A stretch of DNA of 58,051 nucleotides from assembly GCA_964650245.1 (NCBI GenBank), contig CAZYQK010000001.1:1-58051 (forward strand). Reading direction: 5' to 3'. The translations under genes were made by a program, and so were the position numbers. The notes under the pieces are model-generated. The model was given only the letters and a program-made list of their open reading frames with translations, did not search any database and was not told where the DNA came from. The number at the start of each line of letters is the position of its first letter. Position 1 is the stretch's first letter. Below, piece after piece: positions 1 to 8,657 of this stretch. Source of the stretch: an uncultured bacterium (lineage in GTDB: Bacteria; Eisenbacteria; RBG-16-71-46).

Positions 1-1
1 T

Positions 2-1885
2 CATGATCGCGGGCACGCTCGTGTTCCATTGCTGCGCGATGGTCTCGAGCGTCTCACCCTTCTTCACCGTGACCTTCGCCGGGCGCTTCACCGGGGTGGC
101 AGCGGACGGCTTCGGCTCGGGTGCGGGCCCGCCAAGAATCGGAGTCGGCGCCGCGGTTTTCACTTCGGGCGCTGACTTCTGCTCCAGGGGCTTCGGCTCG
201 CTCGCGGCGGGCGCGACCGTCGCTTCCGGCAGCGGCTCGGGCGCGAGGCTCACCGGCGTCGGCGCGGGGATCGCGGCCACGGCCTCGGGCGCCGTCGGCT
301 TCGCGACCGGCGGAGCAGCAGGCATCTCGGTCTTCACCGCCAGCGCGGGCATTGGCGCGGGCGGCAGAATCGCGGGCTTCGCCAATGCCTGCGTCTCGCG
401 CTTCGCGAGCGGCGCCGGTGGCGACACCGGCTTCGCGATGGCCGGCGTGGGCGCGGCTGCCTTCACCGCGTGCGCCGCGACCGCGGGCTTCGGGGCCGGC
501 GCCAGCGCGCTCACCACCGCAGGAGTCGAGGCGACAGCAGGCGCGGGCACCGGCTTCACCGGGGGCGCGGCCGGCGTGCCGAGCGCCGGCGCGGCGGGCG
601 ATGTCACCGGCTTCGTCGCAGGCGCGGCCGGCGTACCGAGCGCCGCGGCTGGGGGCGCTCCAGGCCGAAGGTTCGCTGCTATGAGGCCGGGAGCGCCCCC
701 AGCCGCGGCGCCGGGCACGGACGCGGCGGGCGGGGTCACCGGCTTCGCTGGGGGCGCGGCGAGCGCCGGAACGGACGTGAGCTTCGCGGTCTCGGGCTCC
801 GCGGTTGCGGGCTTCACGGTCGCGGGCTTCGCGGCCGTGCTCGGCGGCGCCACGCGCTTCGGAGCGGGCGACGGCTTCACGGGCGGTTCGATCAGACGCG
901 CGGGCTGAGACTGCGCATCGGTCCCTGTCGGGGCCCAGCCCATCGCGCCTGGATGGAACGAAAGCCCCACGCGATGCTGTCCGGTGCCGGTCCCGCCCAG
1001 GAGATACCCGTAGTCGATCCACACGCCCGAGACGCCCGCGCCCATGCCGAAGGTCGGGCCGTTGAGTGGCTCGTTCGCCCCGGCGCCCAGCTCGGCACGG
1101 TAGCCGGTGCGCAGCGCGAAGCGGTCCATCCAACGCCACTCCACGCCGCCGCGCACGTCGCTGTAGTAGGCGCTCGGGAAGTTGGCGTCGAGCGCCACGC
1201 GCATCCCATTCGTGGGATGCGTGACCGACACGCCCGCGCCGACGCTGGTCGGGAACGGGTAGCTCGCGGCGTCGTACTTCATCTGCCCGCCCACGTTCTG
1301 CGCCGCGAGACCGAAACCAACCCAGCCGGAGCGCGCCGAGACTCCGGCGTCGAACGTCATGCCGGATCCACTCACGTTGCCGAGCTTCTCGGTCGCGAAC
1401 TTCACGCCCAGGCCGGCGGTCACGAGCGGCCCGAGAGGGCGCGCGAGCTGCGCGCCGAACGCGGCGCTCGAAACGTCGACGTTGCCGGTCGGATTATTCG
1501 ACGCATCGCGCCCCGCGATGCCGCCCTCGCCCTGGAACAGGCCGGTGAGCGCCCAGCGGAAACGCGACGGGCCCGCGAGCCCGCCCACCGAGGCCCACTC
1601 CTGCGCGCTCTGCCCGGCGAGGCCGGCGTGCGAGAACACGAATTCGGTCCGCTCCACGCGCCCGAGCGCGGCCGGGTTCCAGGACGCGGCGTTGAGGTCG
1701 CTGCCGAAGCCGAGCGTCGCCCCCCCCATGCCCACGATCCCGGCCCCCGCGCCGACCGCGAGGAAGTTCGCGGCGGTGGTGCCCGCCTGGTCGCCGCCGG
1801 CGATCGCGGTTGCCGGGGCGAGCCCGGTCAGCGCGGCGAGAACGATCGCGCGCAGGAGGCGCATCCCACTGCTTTTCGCGTTCAT
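2..1885 (-). CDS. Outer-membrane beta-barrel protein (PorV/PorQ-like) with a long Pro/Ala/Lys-rich linker and a C-terminal LysM domain; 3' end cut by the window edge
   Basis: Absent from the ORF track because it runs off the window; read by hand on the minus strand (codons at 2-4, 5-7, ...). The ATG at 1885-1883 overlaps the upstream stop (ATGA). Translation starts with a signal peptide (MNAKSSGMRLLRAIVLAALTGLAPATAIAGG). About 320 aa of Gly/aromatic-rich beta-strand-like sequence follows, ending ...GVWIDYGYLLGGTGTGQHRVGLSFH. Then come about 270 aa of P/A/K/V low complexity and VTVKKGETLETIAQQWNTSVPAIM, which fits the LysM consensus. Listed ORFs 3..908(+) and 54..1139(-) are off-frame shadows. 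Confidence 0.7.
   Translation of the reverse strand, partial: MNAKSSGMRLLRAIVLAALTGLAPATAIAGGDQAGTTAANFLAVGAGAGIVGMGGATLGFGSDLNAASWNPAALGRVERTEFVFSHAGLAGQSAQEWASVGGLAGPSRFRWALTGLFQGEGGIAGRDASNNPTGNVDVSSAAFGAQLARPLGPLVTAGLGVKFATEKLGNVSGSGMTFDAGVSARSGWVGFGLAAQNVGGQMKYDAASYPFPTSVGAGVSVTHPTNGMRVALDANFPSAYYSDVRGGVEWRWMDRFALRTGYRAELGAGANEPLNGPTFGMGAGVSGVWIDYGYLLGGTGTGQHRVGLSFHPGAMGWAPTGTDAQSQPARLIEPPVKPSPAPKRVAPPSTAAKPATVKPATAEPETAKLTSVPALAAPPAKPVTPPAASVPGAAAGGAPGLIAANLRPGAPPAAALGTPAAPATKPVTSPAAPALGTPAAPPVKPVPAPAVASTPAVVSALAPAPKPAVAAHAVKAAAPTPAIAKPVSPPAPLAKRETQALAKPAILPPAPMPALAVKTEMPAAPPVAKPTAPEAVAAIPAPTPVSLAPEPLPEATVAPAASEPKPLEQKSAPEVKTAAPTPILGGPAPEPKPSAATPVKRPAKVTVKKGETLETIAQQWNTSVPAIM
548..661. 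repeat. Tandem 57-bp repeat (two units, 548-604 and 605-661; partial third copy near 737) inside the P/A-rich linker coding region
   Basis: Both units begin caccggcttc and share ...ggcgcggccggcgt(g/a)ccgagcgccg.... They encode repeated KPVT/S-PAAP-ALGTPAAP peptide units on the minus strand. Confidence 0.6.
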
Positions 1886-2949
1886 GGCTGCCTCACGAGC
1901 TTGATCTGGTTTCGCGTGTCGCCCGCAATCAGCCACGCGCGGTACACGCCGGGCGCCACGAGCCGTCCGGCGTCGTTCGTGCCGTCCCACACCACGCCGC
2001 CGCCCGCGCAGCTCACCGCGCTCGACAGCGCGATGTGGCGCACGCGGCGGCCGCCGGCGTCGATCAGGTCGATCGCGGCGTCGCCCGCGCCCGAGGCCGG
2101 AATCACGATCGGGATGCAGACCGGCTGCGAGGCCGCGCTCGGGTTTGGAAAGCCGGGCGAGAGAGTCCAGGCCGCGGGGGTCGCGATGGGTACCAGGTCG
2201 ATGCGGAACGCGCTCGAGAGCGCGCTCTCGTTGCCGGTGAGATCCGACGCGCTCACCTTGTACCACAGCGAGGCGGCACCGCCGGGCAGGCTCGTATCCA
2301 GGTACTGCGTGCTCGAGACCAGCGACGCGTTGAGCCTGGTGAAGCTCCCGGTCGCGCTGGTGGCGCGGTAGATCGAGTAGCCGTCCAGGTCGGGCTCGCT
2401 GTTCGGGCTCCACTGGGTGCGCACGTTCGGGCTCTCGAGCGCGGCGCTCACGCCGCTCGGCGCGGCGGGCGGCGCGGTGTCGAGCACCCAGTCCCAGCGC
2501 ACCACGTTCGAGATCGCCGACCAGTTGCCGGCATCGTCCACGGCGCGGATCGCGATGTAGTAGGTGGTGTCGCTCGAGAGGCCCCTGATCGTCACGCCCT
2601 GGCGCGTCCCGCTCGCGACGGGCGCGGGAAGGCCGGCGACGAGCGGCACGCCGTTCCAGTTACCGGGCGTGATGGGGGCGGTGGAGACCCGCATCTCGTA
2701 GGCGGTCGCGGTGCCGATCGCGCCGTCGTCGCCGGGCGCGCTCCACACCATGCGCACGCTGTCGGCGCCGCCGCCCTGCGCGTAGGCCAGCACCGGCGCG
2801 AGCACCAGCACCACGACCACGACGATCGCCGGCGCCCAGCGCCGCCAGAGCTGGCGCCGGGCGCGAAGGCGAAGGCTGGCGTGGCGGCGGTCGCTCACCG
2901 GGCGATTCCGGTAAGGCGCGGCAGCGCGGCCGAGTGCCAGCCCAGCCAC
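1882..2949 (-). CDS. Secreted protein with two FN3-like domains and a FlgD-Ig/T9SS-type C-terminal domain
   Basis: Has a hydrophobic signal/anchor (WAPAIVVVVVLVLAPVLAYAQ). The FN3-like pattern occurs twice (WSAPGDDGAIGTATAYEMRVS...TTYYIAIRAVDDAGNWSAISN; QWSPNSEPDLDGYSIYR). The C-terminus PNPS...IDLIDAGGRRVR...WDGTNDAGRLVAPGVYRAWL is typical of FlgD-Ig/T9SS sorting domains. The true start may be the GTG at 2898, which would give a GTGA overlap with the upstream stop. Confidence 0.8.
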   Translation of the reverse strand: MAGLALGRAAAPYRNRPVSDRRHASLRLRARRQLWRRWAPAIVVVVVLVLAPVLAYAQGGGADSVRMVWSAPGDDGAIGTATAYEMRVSTAPITPGNWNGVPLVAGLPAPVASGTRQGVTIRGLSSDTTYYIAIRAVDDAGNWSAISNVVRWDWVLDTAPPAAPSGVSAALESPNVRTQWSPNSEPDLDGYSIYRATSATGSFTRLNASLVSSTQYLDTSLPGGAASLWYKVSASDLTGNESALSSAFRIDLVPIATPAAWTLSPGFPNPSAASQPVCIPIVIPASGAGDAAIDLIDAGGRRVRHIALSSAVSCAGGGVVWDGTNDAGRLVAPGVYRAWLIAGDTRNQIKLVRQP

Positions 2950-3704
2950 ACGAAGCTGGTGGCGAGGTCGCGCACCGCCGCCGGCGCCAGCGTGTCGAGC
3001 GTGGTGGCACTCGGCACGTTCGAGAGCGCGCTCGGGTTACCGGCGTCGTCGCTGACCCGCATCGCGAAGTAGTAGGTGACCTGGCGGCTCAGGTTGCGCA
3101 CCGTGACGCTCTGCGCGGTTCCCGGCGCGGTGGGCGCCGGCGCGCCGCTCACCGCGGTGGCGCTCGCGAAGTTGCCCGCGGTGATGGGCGAGGTTGAATA
3201 GCGGATGTCGTAAGCGGTCGCGGTGCCGGTCAGGCTGTCGTCGCCGACCGCGGTCCAGCCCAGGCTGGCGGTGCTGTCGGTGACGCCGGTCACGGCGAGG
3301 CTCGCGACCGGGGCGGGACGGATGGTGTCGGGCGCCGCAGCGGTGGTCTTCGATGCCAGGTTCGAGATCCCCGACCAGTTCGGAACCTCGTCGGCGGTCT
3401 TGATCGCGAAGTAGTACGTGGTGGCGGGAACGAGGCCGGTGACCGTCACGCTCTGGCGCGTGCCGGAGGTGGCGGGCGCCGGCATCGAATTCCAACGGAT
3501 GGCCGAGGCGAAGTTGGCGGCGTTGATGGACGAGGTCGAGTAGCGCAGGTCGAACTGGGACGCGGTGCCGAGCAGGCTGTCGTCGCCGGGCGTGGTCCAG
3601 CTCACCGTCACGCTGTTCCAGGACGACTGCGCGTCAGCCTTCGATGCCGTCATCAGCGCGAGACCCGCGAGCGACCACAGGCACAGGATGCGTATCCGCT
3701 TCAT
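2895..3704 (-). CDS. Secreted protein with two FN3-like domains
   Basis: The start was trimmed to the ATG at 3704, preceded by GGAGGG. Signal peptide is MKRIRILCLWSLAGLALMTASKADAQ. Two FN3-like modules are present (SWTTPGDDSLLGTASQFDLRYS...TTYYFAIKTADEVPNWSGISN; GWTAVGDDSLTGTATAYDIRYS...VTYYFAMRVSDDAGNPSALSN). Confidence 0.85.
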   Translation of the reverse strand: MKRIRILCLWSLAGLALMTASKADAQSSWNSVTVSWTTPGDDSLLGTASQFDLRYSTSSINAANFASAIRWNSMPAPATSGTRQSVTVTGLVPATTYYFAIKTADEVPNWSGISNLASKTTAAAPDTIRPAPVASLAVTGVTDSTASLGWTAVGDDSLTGTATAYDIRYSTSPITAGNFASATAVSGAPAPTAPGTAQSVTVRNLSRQVTYYFAMRVSDDAGNPSALSNVPSATTLDTLAPAAVRDLATSFVWLGWHSAALPRLTGIAR

Positions 3705-4153
3705 GAACCCTCCGGCGAGCCCTCTCACCCACCCGGCGGGTGCGCGATGGAGGGCGGCGACCGCGAAACGCCTGATCGAGAAGTCGTGTGCGGTGCCGGG
3801 CGAGTTCCCGGACCACCGTGGTCTAGGGGAGTGAGAGCGAACGCGAGAGCCCCGAAAACCGCGGCGCCGAAGCAGCACGAAACGTGCCTTTCGCCGGGTG
3901 GGGCGTGCGCAGGTAACGCGGGCCTCGGTGCCAGCGCGAAAGCGGCTCGGATCTCTGCCGTTAACCTGCGCTCAAGCGTTCTGCATCGAGCGGCCGCGCC
4001 AGGGAGGGGCGTTGGATCCTGCAATCGCGCAGAGGGCGCGTGCAACGCGGGCCGGGTGCCAGGTCCGCGGGGTGTCTAGGCCGTGCGGAACGCACGCGTT
4101 CGGGCAGCCTGCAGCGCGCGCGTGGCGCGAAACCGCGGGCGGCGGGCGGCGCG

Positions 4154-4183
4154 TTGACACCCGCTCGGGCCCCCGCCTATTCT
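4154..4183 (+). promoter_or_regulatory. Candidate sigma70-type promoter upstream of pilT
   Basis: TTGACA (4154-4159), an 18-nt spacer, then TATTCT (4178-4183), lying in the 690-bp intergenic region. This implies a leader of about 200 nt before the pilT ATG. Confidence 0.35.
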
Positions 4184-4396
4184 TGGGCACCTGTTTTCGG
4201 CAGTCGGGCCCCCGCCCGGTCGCGGCGGAGTATCCGATCGGCCGCCGTCGTCCGACGCCTTGCCCTGGCGCTTCGAGCTTGCCGAAGCCGCTCCCCGGCA
4301 CTGGACGACAACCTGAAGGGCTGCGGACCTCCCGCGAAGCAGCCCCGGCTTCCCGGTCAGCGGGCAGACGAAGGACCATCGGACTCCGACGCCAAT

Positions 4397-5533
4397 ATGA
4401 GCGCACTCCCCCTGGAGCGAGACATTGTGTTGCGCCGCGCGGTCGAGCTCGGCGCCTCGGATCTCATCGTCACCGCCGGGCACCCGGTCATGATCACGGT
4501 GGCCGGCGTGTTCCAGGCGCTGCCCGGGTCGGGGGTGCTCTCCGCGATGGACGCGCGGCGGCTGGCGGAGAGCTTTCTTACGCCCGCGCTCCACGAGCGT
4601 TTCTTGAGCGAGCTCGAGCTCGACACCCGCTACCACCTGCCGGGAGTGGCCCACTTCCGCGTCAATGTCTTCATCCAGCGCGGCCACTGGGGCGCGGCGG
4701 TGCGCGTCATCCCGCTGCACATTCCGCTGCCCGCCGAGATCGGGCTCGCGCCTCACATGGTGGCACGGCTGCTCGGGATCACCCGCGGGCTGGTGCTGGT
4801 AACGGGGCCCACCGGCTGCGGCAAGTCCACCACCATCGCCTCGCTGCTCGAGCAGATCAATCAGGGCGGCGCGCGGCGCCACATCGTCACGGTCGAGGAC
4901 CCGATCGAGTTCGTGTTCGAGCCCAAGAACTGCGTGTTCGAGCAGCGCGAAGTTGGCACCGACACCAAGAGCTACGCGCGCGGCCTGCGCGGGGCCCTGC
5001 GGCAGCTGCCGCACGTCATCTTCGTCGGCGAGATGCGCGACCTCTCCAGCATGGCGATCGCGCTCACCGCGGCCGAGACCGGAAATCTGGTCATCTCGAC
5101 CATGGCCACCCAGTCGGCGGCCCAGACCGTGACCCGCATCATCGATTCGTTCCCGCCGCACCAGCAGTCCCAGGTGCGCTCTCAGCTCTCCCAGACGCTG
5201 CGCGCCGTCATCTCGCAGGTGCTGCTGCCGCGCGCCGACGGCCGGGGCCGGGGACGGGTCGCGGCGCGCGAGGTCATGTTCGTGAGCCAGGCGGTGCAGA
5301 ACCTGATCCGCGACGGCAAGGTGCACCAGATCGCGAACGTGATCTCGACCAGCCTGCGCGACGACATGGTGAGCCTGGACGATTCGCTCGCCGAGCTGGT
5401 GGATCGCGGCGCGGTCGCGTTCGAGATCGCCCACCCCTACTTCGACGACATCGAGAAGCGCGCGCTGCTCCAGAAACGTCACTTCCGGGCCGCGCCGGTC
5501 GGCGAGCCCGTGGCGAAAGCGAGGCTGACATGA
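4397..5533 (+). CDS. pilT: Type IV pilus retraction ATPase PilT
   Basis: The N-terminus matches PilT (AVELGASDLIVTAGHPVMI). Walker A is GPTGCGKSTT and Walker B HVIFVGEMRD, followed by TGNLVISTMATQSAAQTVTRIID. The start was trimmed from ORF 4040..5533 to the first ATG before the conserved N-terminus. Confidence 0.92.
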   Translation: MSALPLERDIVLRRAVELGASDLIVTAGHPVMITVAGVFQALPGSGVLSAMDARRLAESFLTPALHERFLSELELDTRYHLPGVAHFRVNVFIQRGHWGAAVRVIPLHIPLPAEIGLAPHMVARLLGITRGLVLVTGPTGCGKSTTIASLLEQINQGGARRHIVTVEDPIEFVFEPKNCVFEQREVGTDTKSYARGLRGALRQLPHVIFVGEMRDLSSMAIALTAAETGNLVISTMATQSAAQTVTRIIDSFPPHQQSQVRSQLSQTLRAVISQVLLPRADGRGRGRVAAREVMFVSQAVQNLIRDGKVHQIANVISTSLRDDMVSLDDSLAELVDRGAVAFEIAHPYFDDIEKRALLQKRHFRAAPVGEPVAKARLT

Positions 5534-7260
5534 CTCTCTCCTTCCGGCTCTCGACGCGGCGCTTCGGCGAGCTGCTGATCGAGCGCGGGCTGCTCGACGC
5601 CGATCAGCTCAACGAGGCGCTCCGCTCGCGCCAGGACCCGCGCGAACGGCTGGGCCAGACCCTGGTGCGGCTCGGCATCCTCAAGGAAAAGGACGTGGTC
5701 GATCTGCTGGGCGAGCAGTTCTCGCTCCCGGTCGCCGACGCCGAGAGGCTGTCGAAGGCCGATCCCGAGGCGGTGCAGCTCATCCCCGAGCACCTGGCGC
5801 GGCAGGCCGGGCTGCTCGCCATCCGCCGCGGGCAGGACGACAACACCCTCGAGGTCGCGGTCGGGGATCCGCTCGACGTGGTCTCCCTCGACTACCTGCG
5901 GGCCCTGACCGGCTGCACGCTCAAGGTCTGGATCGCGCGGCCGAGCGACGTGCGCGAGGCGGTCGAGGAGTTCTACCAGGAGATCCGCGCCAGCGAGCAG
6001 GTGGGCGCGATTCTCGACAAGCTCGACCTCTCGGGCGCTTCGGACGTTGAAGAGGACGTGGACCTCGCCGCCCTGCGCCAGCAGGTCGAGGACGCCCCCG
6101 TGGTGCGGCTCGTCAACCTGATGCTGGCCGAGGCCATCGACGCGCGCGCGAGCGACATCCACGTCGAGCCGATGCGCGACCGGGTGACCGTGCGCTTCCG
6201 CGTGGACGGGCAGCTCCAGGAGGTCATGAAGCCGCCCAAGAACCTCCAGATGGCGATCGTCTCGCGCATCAAGGTGCTGGCCGACCTCGACATCGCGGTG
6301 CGGCTGCTGCCGCAGGACGGGCGCCTGACCGTGCATCTCCCCGACCGCGAGGTGGACATCCGGGTGTCGACCCTCCCCACCGCGTTCGGCGAGAAGGTGG
6401 TGCTGCGCCTGTTCGACAAGCAGGCGTTCACGCGCGAGATCGGCCATCTCGGCCTCGAGGGCGCGGGGCTCGACGGCTTCCGCCGCGGCATTCATCAGCC
6501 CTACGGCATGATCCTGATCTCGGGCCCGACCGGGAGCGGCAAGACCACCACGCTCTACTCGGCCCTGAACGAGATCCGGGACGTCCGTCGCAACCTGCTG
6601 ACGGTCGAGGACCCGATCGAGTACCACATCGAGGGCGTGAACCAGGTGCATGCCAACCACAAGGTCGGGATGACCTTCGCGCGCGCGCTGCGCTCCATCC
6701 TGCGCCAGGACCCCGACGTCATCATGGTGGGCGAGATCCGCGACGCCGAGACCGCCGACATCGCGGTCAAGAGCGCGCTCACCGGGCACCTGGTGCTCTC
6801 GACGGTGCACGCCAACGACGCGCCCGGCACCGTGACGCGCCTGATCGACATGGGGGTGCCGCGCTACCTGGTGGGCTCGGCGATCACGCTGGTCATGGCG
6901 CAGCGCCTGGTGCGGCGTGTGTGCGAGCGCTGCAAGGAGCTCTACCTGGCCGAGCCCGAGCACGTCGCAGCACTTGGCGAGGACGCCCCCGCGCTCGCCG
7001 GCCGGCGGCTCGCGCGCGGCCGCGGCTGCATCACCTGCAAGCAGACCGGCTACATGGGCCGGATCGCGGTGTTCGAGGTGCTGGAGCTGACCAAGCCCAT
7101 CCGGCGCCTGGTGCTGGACGGACTCAACGAGGACCAGATCAAGCTCAAGTCCATGGCCGAGGGACTCATCACGCTCCGCAAGAGCGGGATCAAGAAGATC
7201 CTCGACGGGGTGACGACCATCGAGGAAGTGCGCGCCGCGACGTTCGCGGACCACATGTGA
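5530..7260 (+). CDS. pilB: Type IV pilus assembly (extension) ATPase PilB / GspE family
   Basis: The ATG at 5530 overlaps the pilT stop (ATGA). An N-terminal MshEN/GSPII-E-N-like domain is present. Walker A is GPTGSGKTTTLY and Walker B DVIMVGEIRD, with a Cys cluster CERCKE...CITCKQTG. The upstream 544 codons of listed ORF 3898..7260 are a shadow extension. Confidence 0.95.
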   Translation: MTLSFRLSTRRFGELLIERGLLDADQLNEALRSRQDPRERLGQTLVRLGILKEKDVVDLLGEQFSLPVADAERLSKADPEAVQLIPEHLARQAGLLAIRRGQDDNTLEVAVGDPLDVVSLDYLRALTGCTLKVWIARPSDVREAVEEFYQEIRASEQVGAILDKLDLSGASDVEEDVDLAALRQQVEDAPVVRLVNLMLAEAIDARASDIHVEPMRDRVTVRFRVDGQLQEVMKPPKNLQMAIVSRIKVLADLDIAVRLLPQDGRLTVHLPDREVDIRVSTLPTAFGEKVVLRLFDKQAFTREIGHLGLEGAGLDGFRRGIHQPYGMILISGPTGSGKTTTLYSALNEIRDVRRNLLTVEDPIEYHIEGVNQVHANHKVGMTFARALRSILRQDPDVIMVGEIRDAETADIAVKSALTGHLVLSTVHANDAPGTVTRLIDMGVPRYLVGSAITLVMAQRLVRRVCERCKELYLAEPEHVAALGEDAPALAGRRLARGRGCITCKQTGYMGRIAVFEVLELTKPIRRLVLDGLNEDQIKLKSMAEGLITLRKSGIKKILDGVTTIEEVRAATFADHM

Positions 7261-7276
7261 TGGCGGACGGGAACTG

Positions 7277-8539
7277 ATGCCGAGCTACTACTACCGCGCG
7301 CGCGACACCTCCGGTCGCGCTCACGAGGGGATCGAGGTCGCGGCCTCCGAGGATGACGTGCTTCGCATCCTCGAGGGCTCGAAGCTGACCCCGGTCTTCA
7401 TCGAGACGCGCGCCCCGGGCTCGGTCCGAAGCGCGGGCGACGAGCTCACGCGCTGGCTGCGCGTGCAGCTCGACCGCATGCGGATGCGCGTCAACACCGG
7501 CGCCGTCGCGCTGTTCGCGCGCCAGCTCGCGACCATGATCGGCGCCGGGCTCCCGCTGCTGCGCTCGCTGCGCTCGATCAGCCGCGACCACTACGACCGG
7601 CGGCTCGCGCGAGTCCTCGACCAGGTCGCGGAAGACGTGCAGAAGGGCGATCCGCTCTCGGTCGCGCTCGGACGCCACCCCAGCGCCTTCGACGAGGTGT
7701 TCGTGAGCCTGATCAACACCGGCGAGGTGAGCGGCACCCTCGACCGCATCATGGAGCAGACCGCGACCTACATGGAGCGCGCGGAGACCCTGCGCATGAA
7801 AGTCGAGGCGGCGCTGCGCTACCCGACCTTCGTGCTCTCGTTCGCGCTGATCGTCATGATGGTCATGGTCCTCAAGATCATCCCGATGTTCGCGACCATC
7901 TACGAGCGCTTCCGCGTGCCGCTGCCGATCCCCACCCAGATCCTGCTCACCACGAGCCGGCTCGTCACCGACAACCTCTTGATTGCCTCGGGCTTGACGG
8001 TGGCGGCGGTGCTGTTGGCCTGGTATTGGGGACAGACCCCGAACGGGCGGTTCTGGCTCGACCGGGCCCAGTTCAATTTGCCCCTCTTCGGACCGCTGAT
8101 TCGCATGTATGCTATTACCAAGTTCGCCCGCACCCTGAGCATCCTGACCTCGAGCGGAACCCAGATCCTCTACGCCCTCAAGGTGATGCGCCCGGTGCCG
8201 GGGAACCGTGTCCTGGAGCAGGGCATCGACCAGGTGCGCTCCCGAGTGGAGCAGGGCACCTCGTTGTCCCGCGCCATGAGCGAGACCGGCGTGTTTCCCG
8301 AGATGCTGGTCCAGATGACCGCGACCGGGGAGGAGACCGGGCAGCTCGACAACATGCTGGGCCGCACCGCCGACTTCTACGAGCAGCGTGTCACCGCGGC
8401 CGTGGACGGCCTCAGCTCTTTGATCGAGCCGATCGCGATCGTGGTGCTGGGCGGGCTGGTGGGCACCATGCTGCTGGCACTCTACCTGCCCATCTTCAAC
8501 CTCGGCCAGGCCATGCGGTCGGGCCTGCTGGGGCACTGA
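7277..8539 (+). CDS. pilC: Type IV pilus platform protein PilC (GspF family)
   Basis: 420 aa with a duplicated GspF-type domain (ARQLATMIGAGLPLLRSL...; ARTLSILTSSGTQILYAL...), TM segments and C-terminal LLALYLPIFNLG. Confidence 0.95.
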   Translation: MPSYYYRARDTSGRAHEGIEVAASEDDVLRILEGSKLTPVFIETRAPGSVRSAGDELTRWLRVQLDRMRMRVNTGAVALFARQLATMIGAGLPLLRSLRSISRDHYDRRLARVLDQVAEDVQKGDPLSVALGRHPSAFDEVFVSLINTGEVSGTLDRIMEQTATYMERAETLRMKVEAALRYPTFVLSFALIVMMVMVLKIIPMFATIYERFRVPLPIPTQILLTTSRLVTDNLLIASGLTVAAVLLAWYWGQTPNGRFWLDRAQFNLPLFGPLIRMYAITKFARTLSILTSSGTQILYALKVMRPVPGNRVLEQGIDQVRSRVEQGTSLSRAMSETGVFPEMLVQMTATGEETGQLDNMLGRTADFYEQRVTAAVDGLSSLIEPIAIVVLGGLVGTMLLALYLPIFNLGQAMRSGLLGH

Positions 8540-8657
8540 CCGGCGTGTACGACGGATACGAGCCGGTCGAGATGCAGGGGAACGGACCGCATCGGGCCTT
8601 CGGGGTCCGGTGAGTCAGCGCCGGCGGAGAGCCGGCACCGGAAGAGGAGAACGAATC

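Noticed and set aside
470-2371. 633-aa + strand ORF, plus 3..908(+) and 54..1139(-), spanning the first 2.4 kb
   Set aside because: Arg/Gly/Ala/His-rich low-complexity translations with no motifs. They overlap a minus-strand frame that gives a signal peptide, a barrel-like domain and a LysM motif. These are typical off-frame or antisense shadows in high-GC DNA.
3705-4396. Possible riboswitch (for example c-di-GMP) or small protein gene in the long pilT upstream region
   Set aside because: I could not match any riboswitch consensus by eye, and all ORFs there are Arg-rich shadows without an RBS. It is kept only as a low-interest finding that needs Infernal.
3898-5529. N-terminal 544 codons of the 1120-aa ORF 3898..7260
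   Set aside because: This part is Arg/Pro/Gly-rich nonsense that overlaps the clearly real pilT in another frame. The PilB homology begins at the ATG at 5530.
8540-8657. Looked for a sigma54 (TGGCAC-N5-TTGC) promoter upstream of pilA, as in many T4aP systems
   Set aside because: No -12 TTGC element occurs at the right spacing. cGGCACcggaagagg lacks the GC dinucleotide, so no promoter is called.
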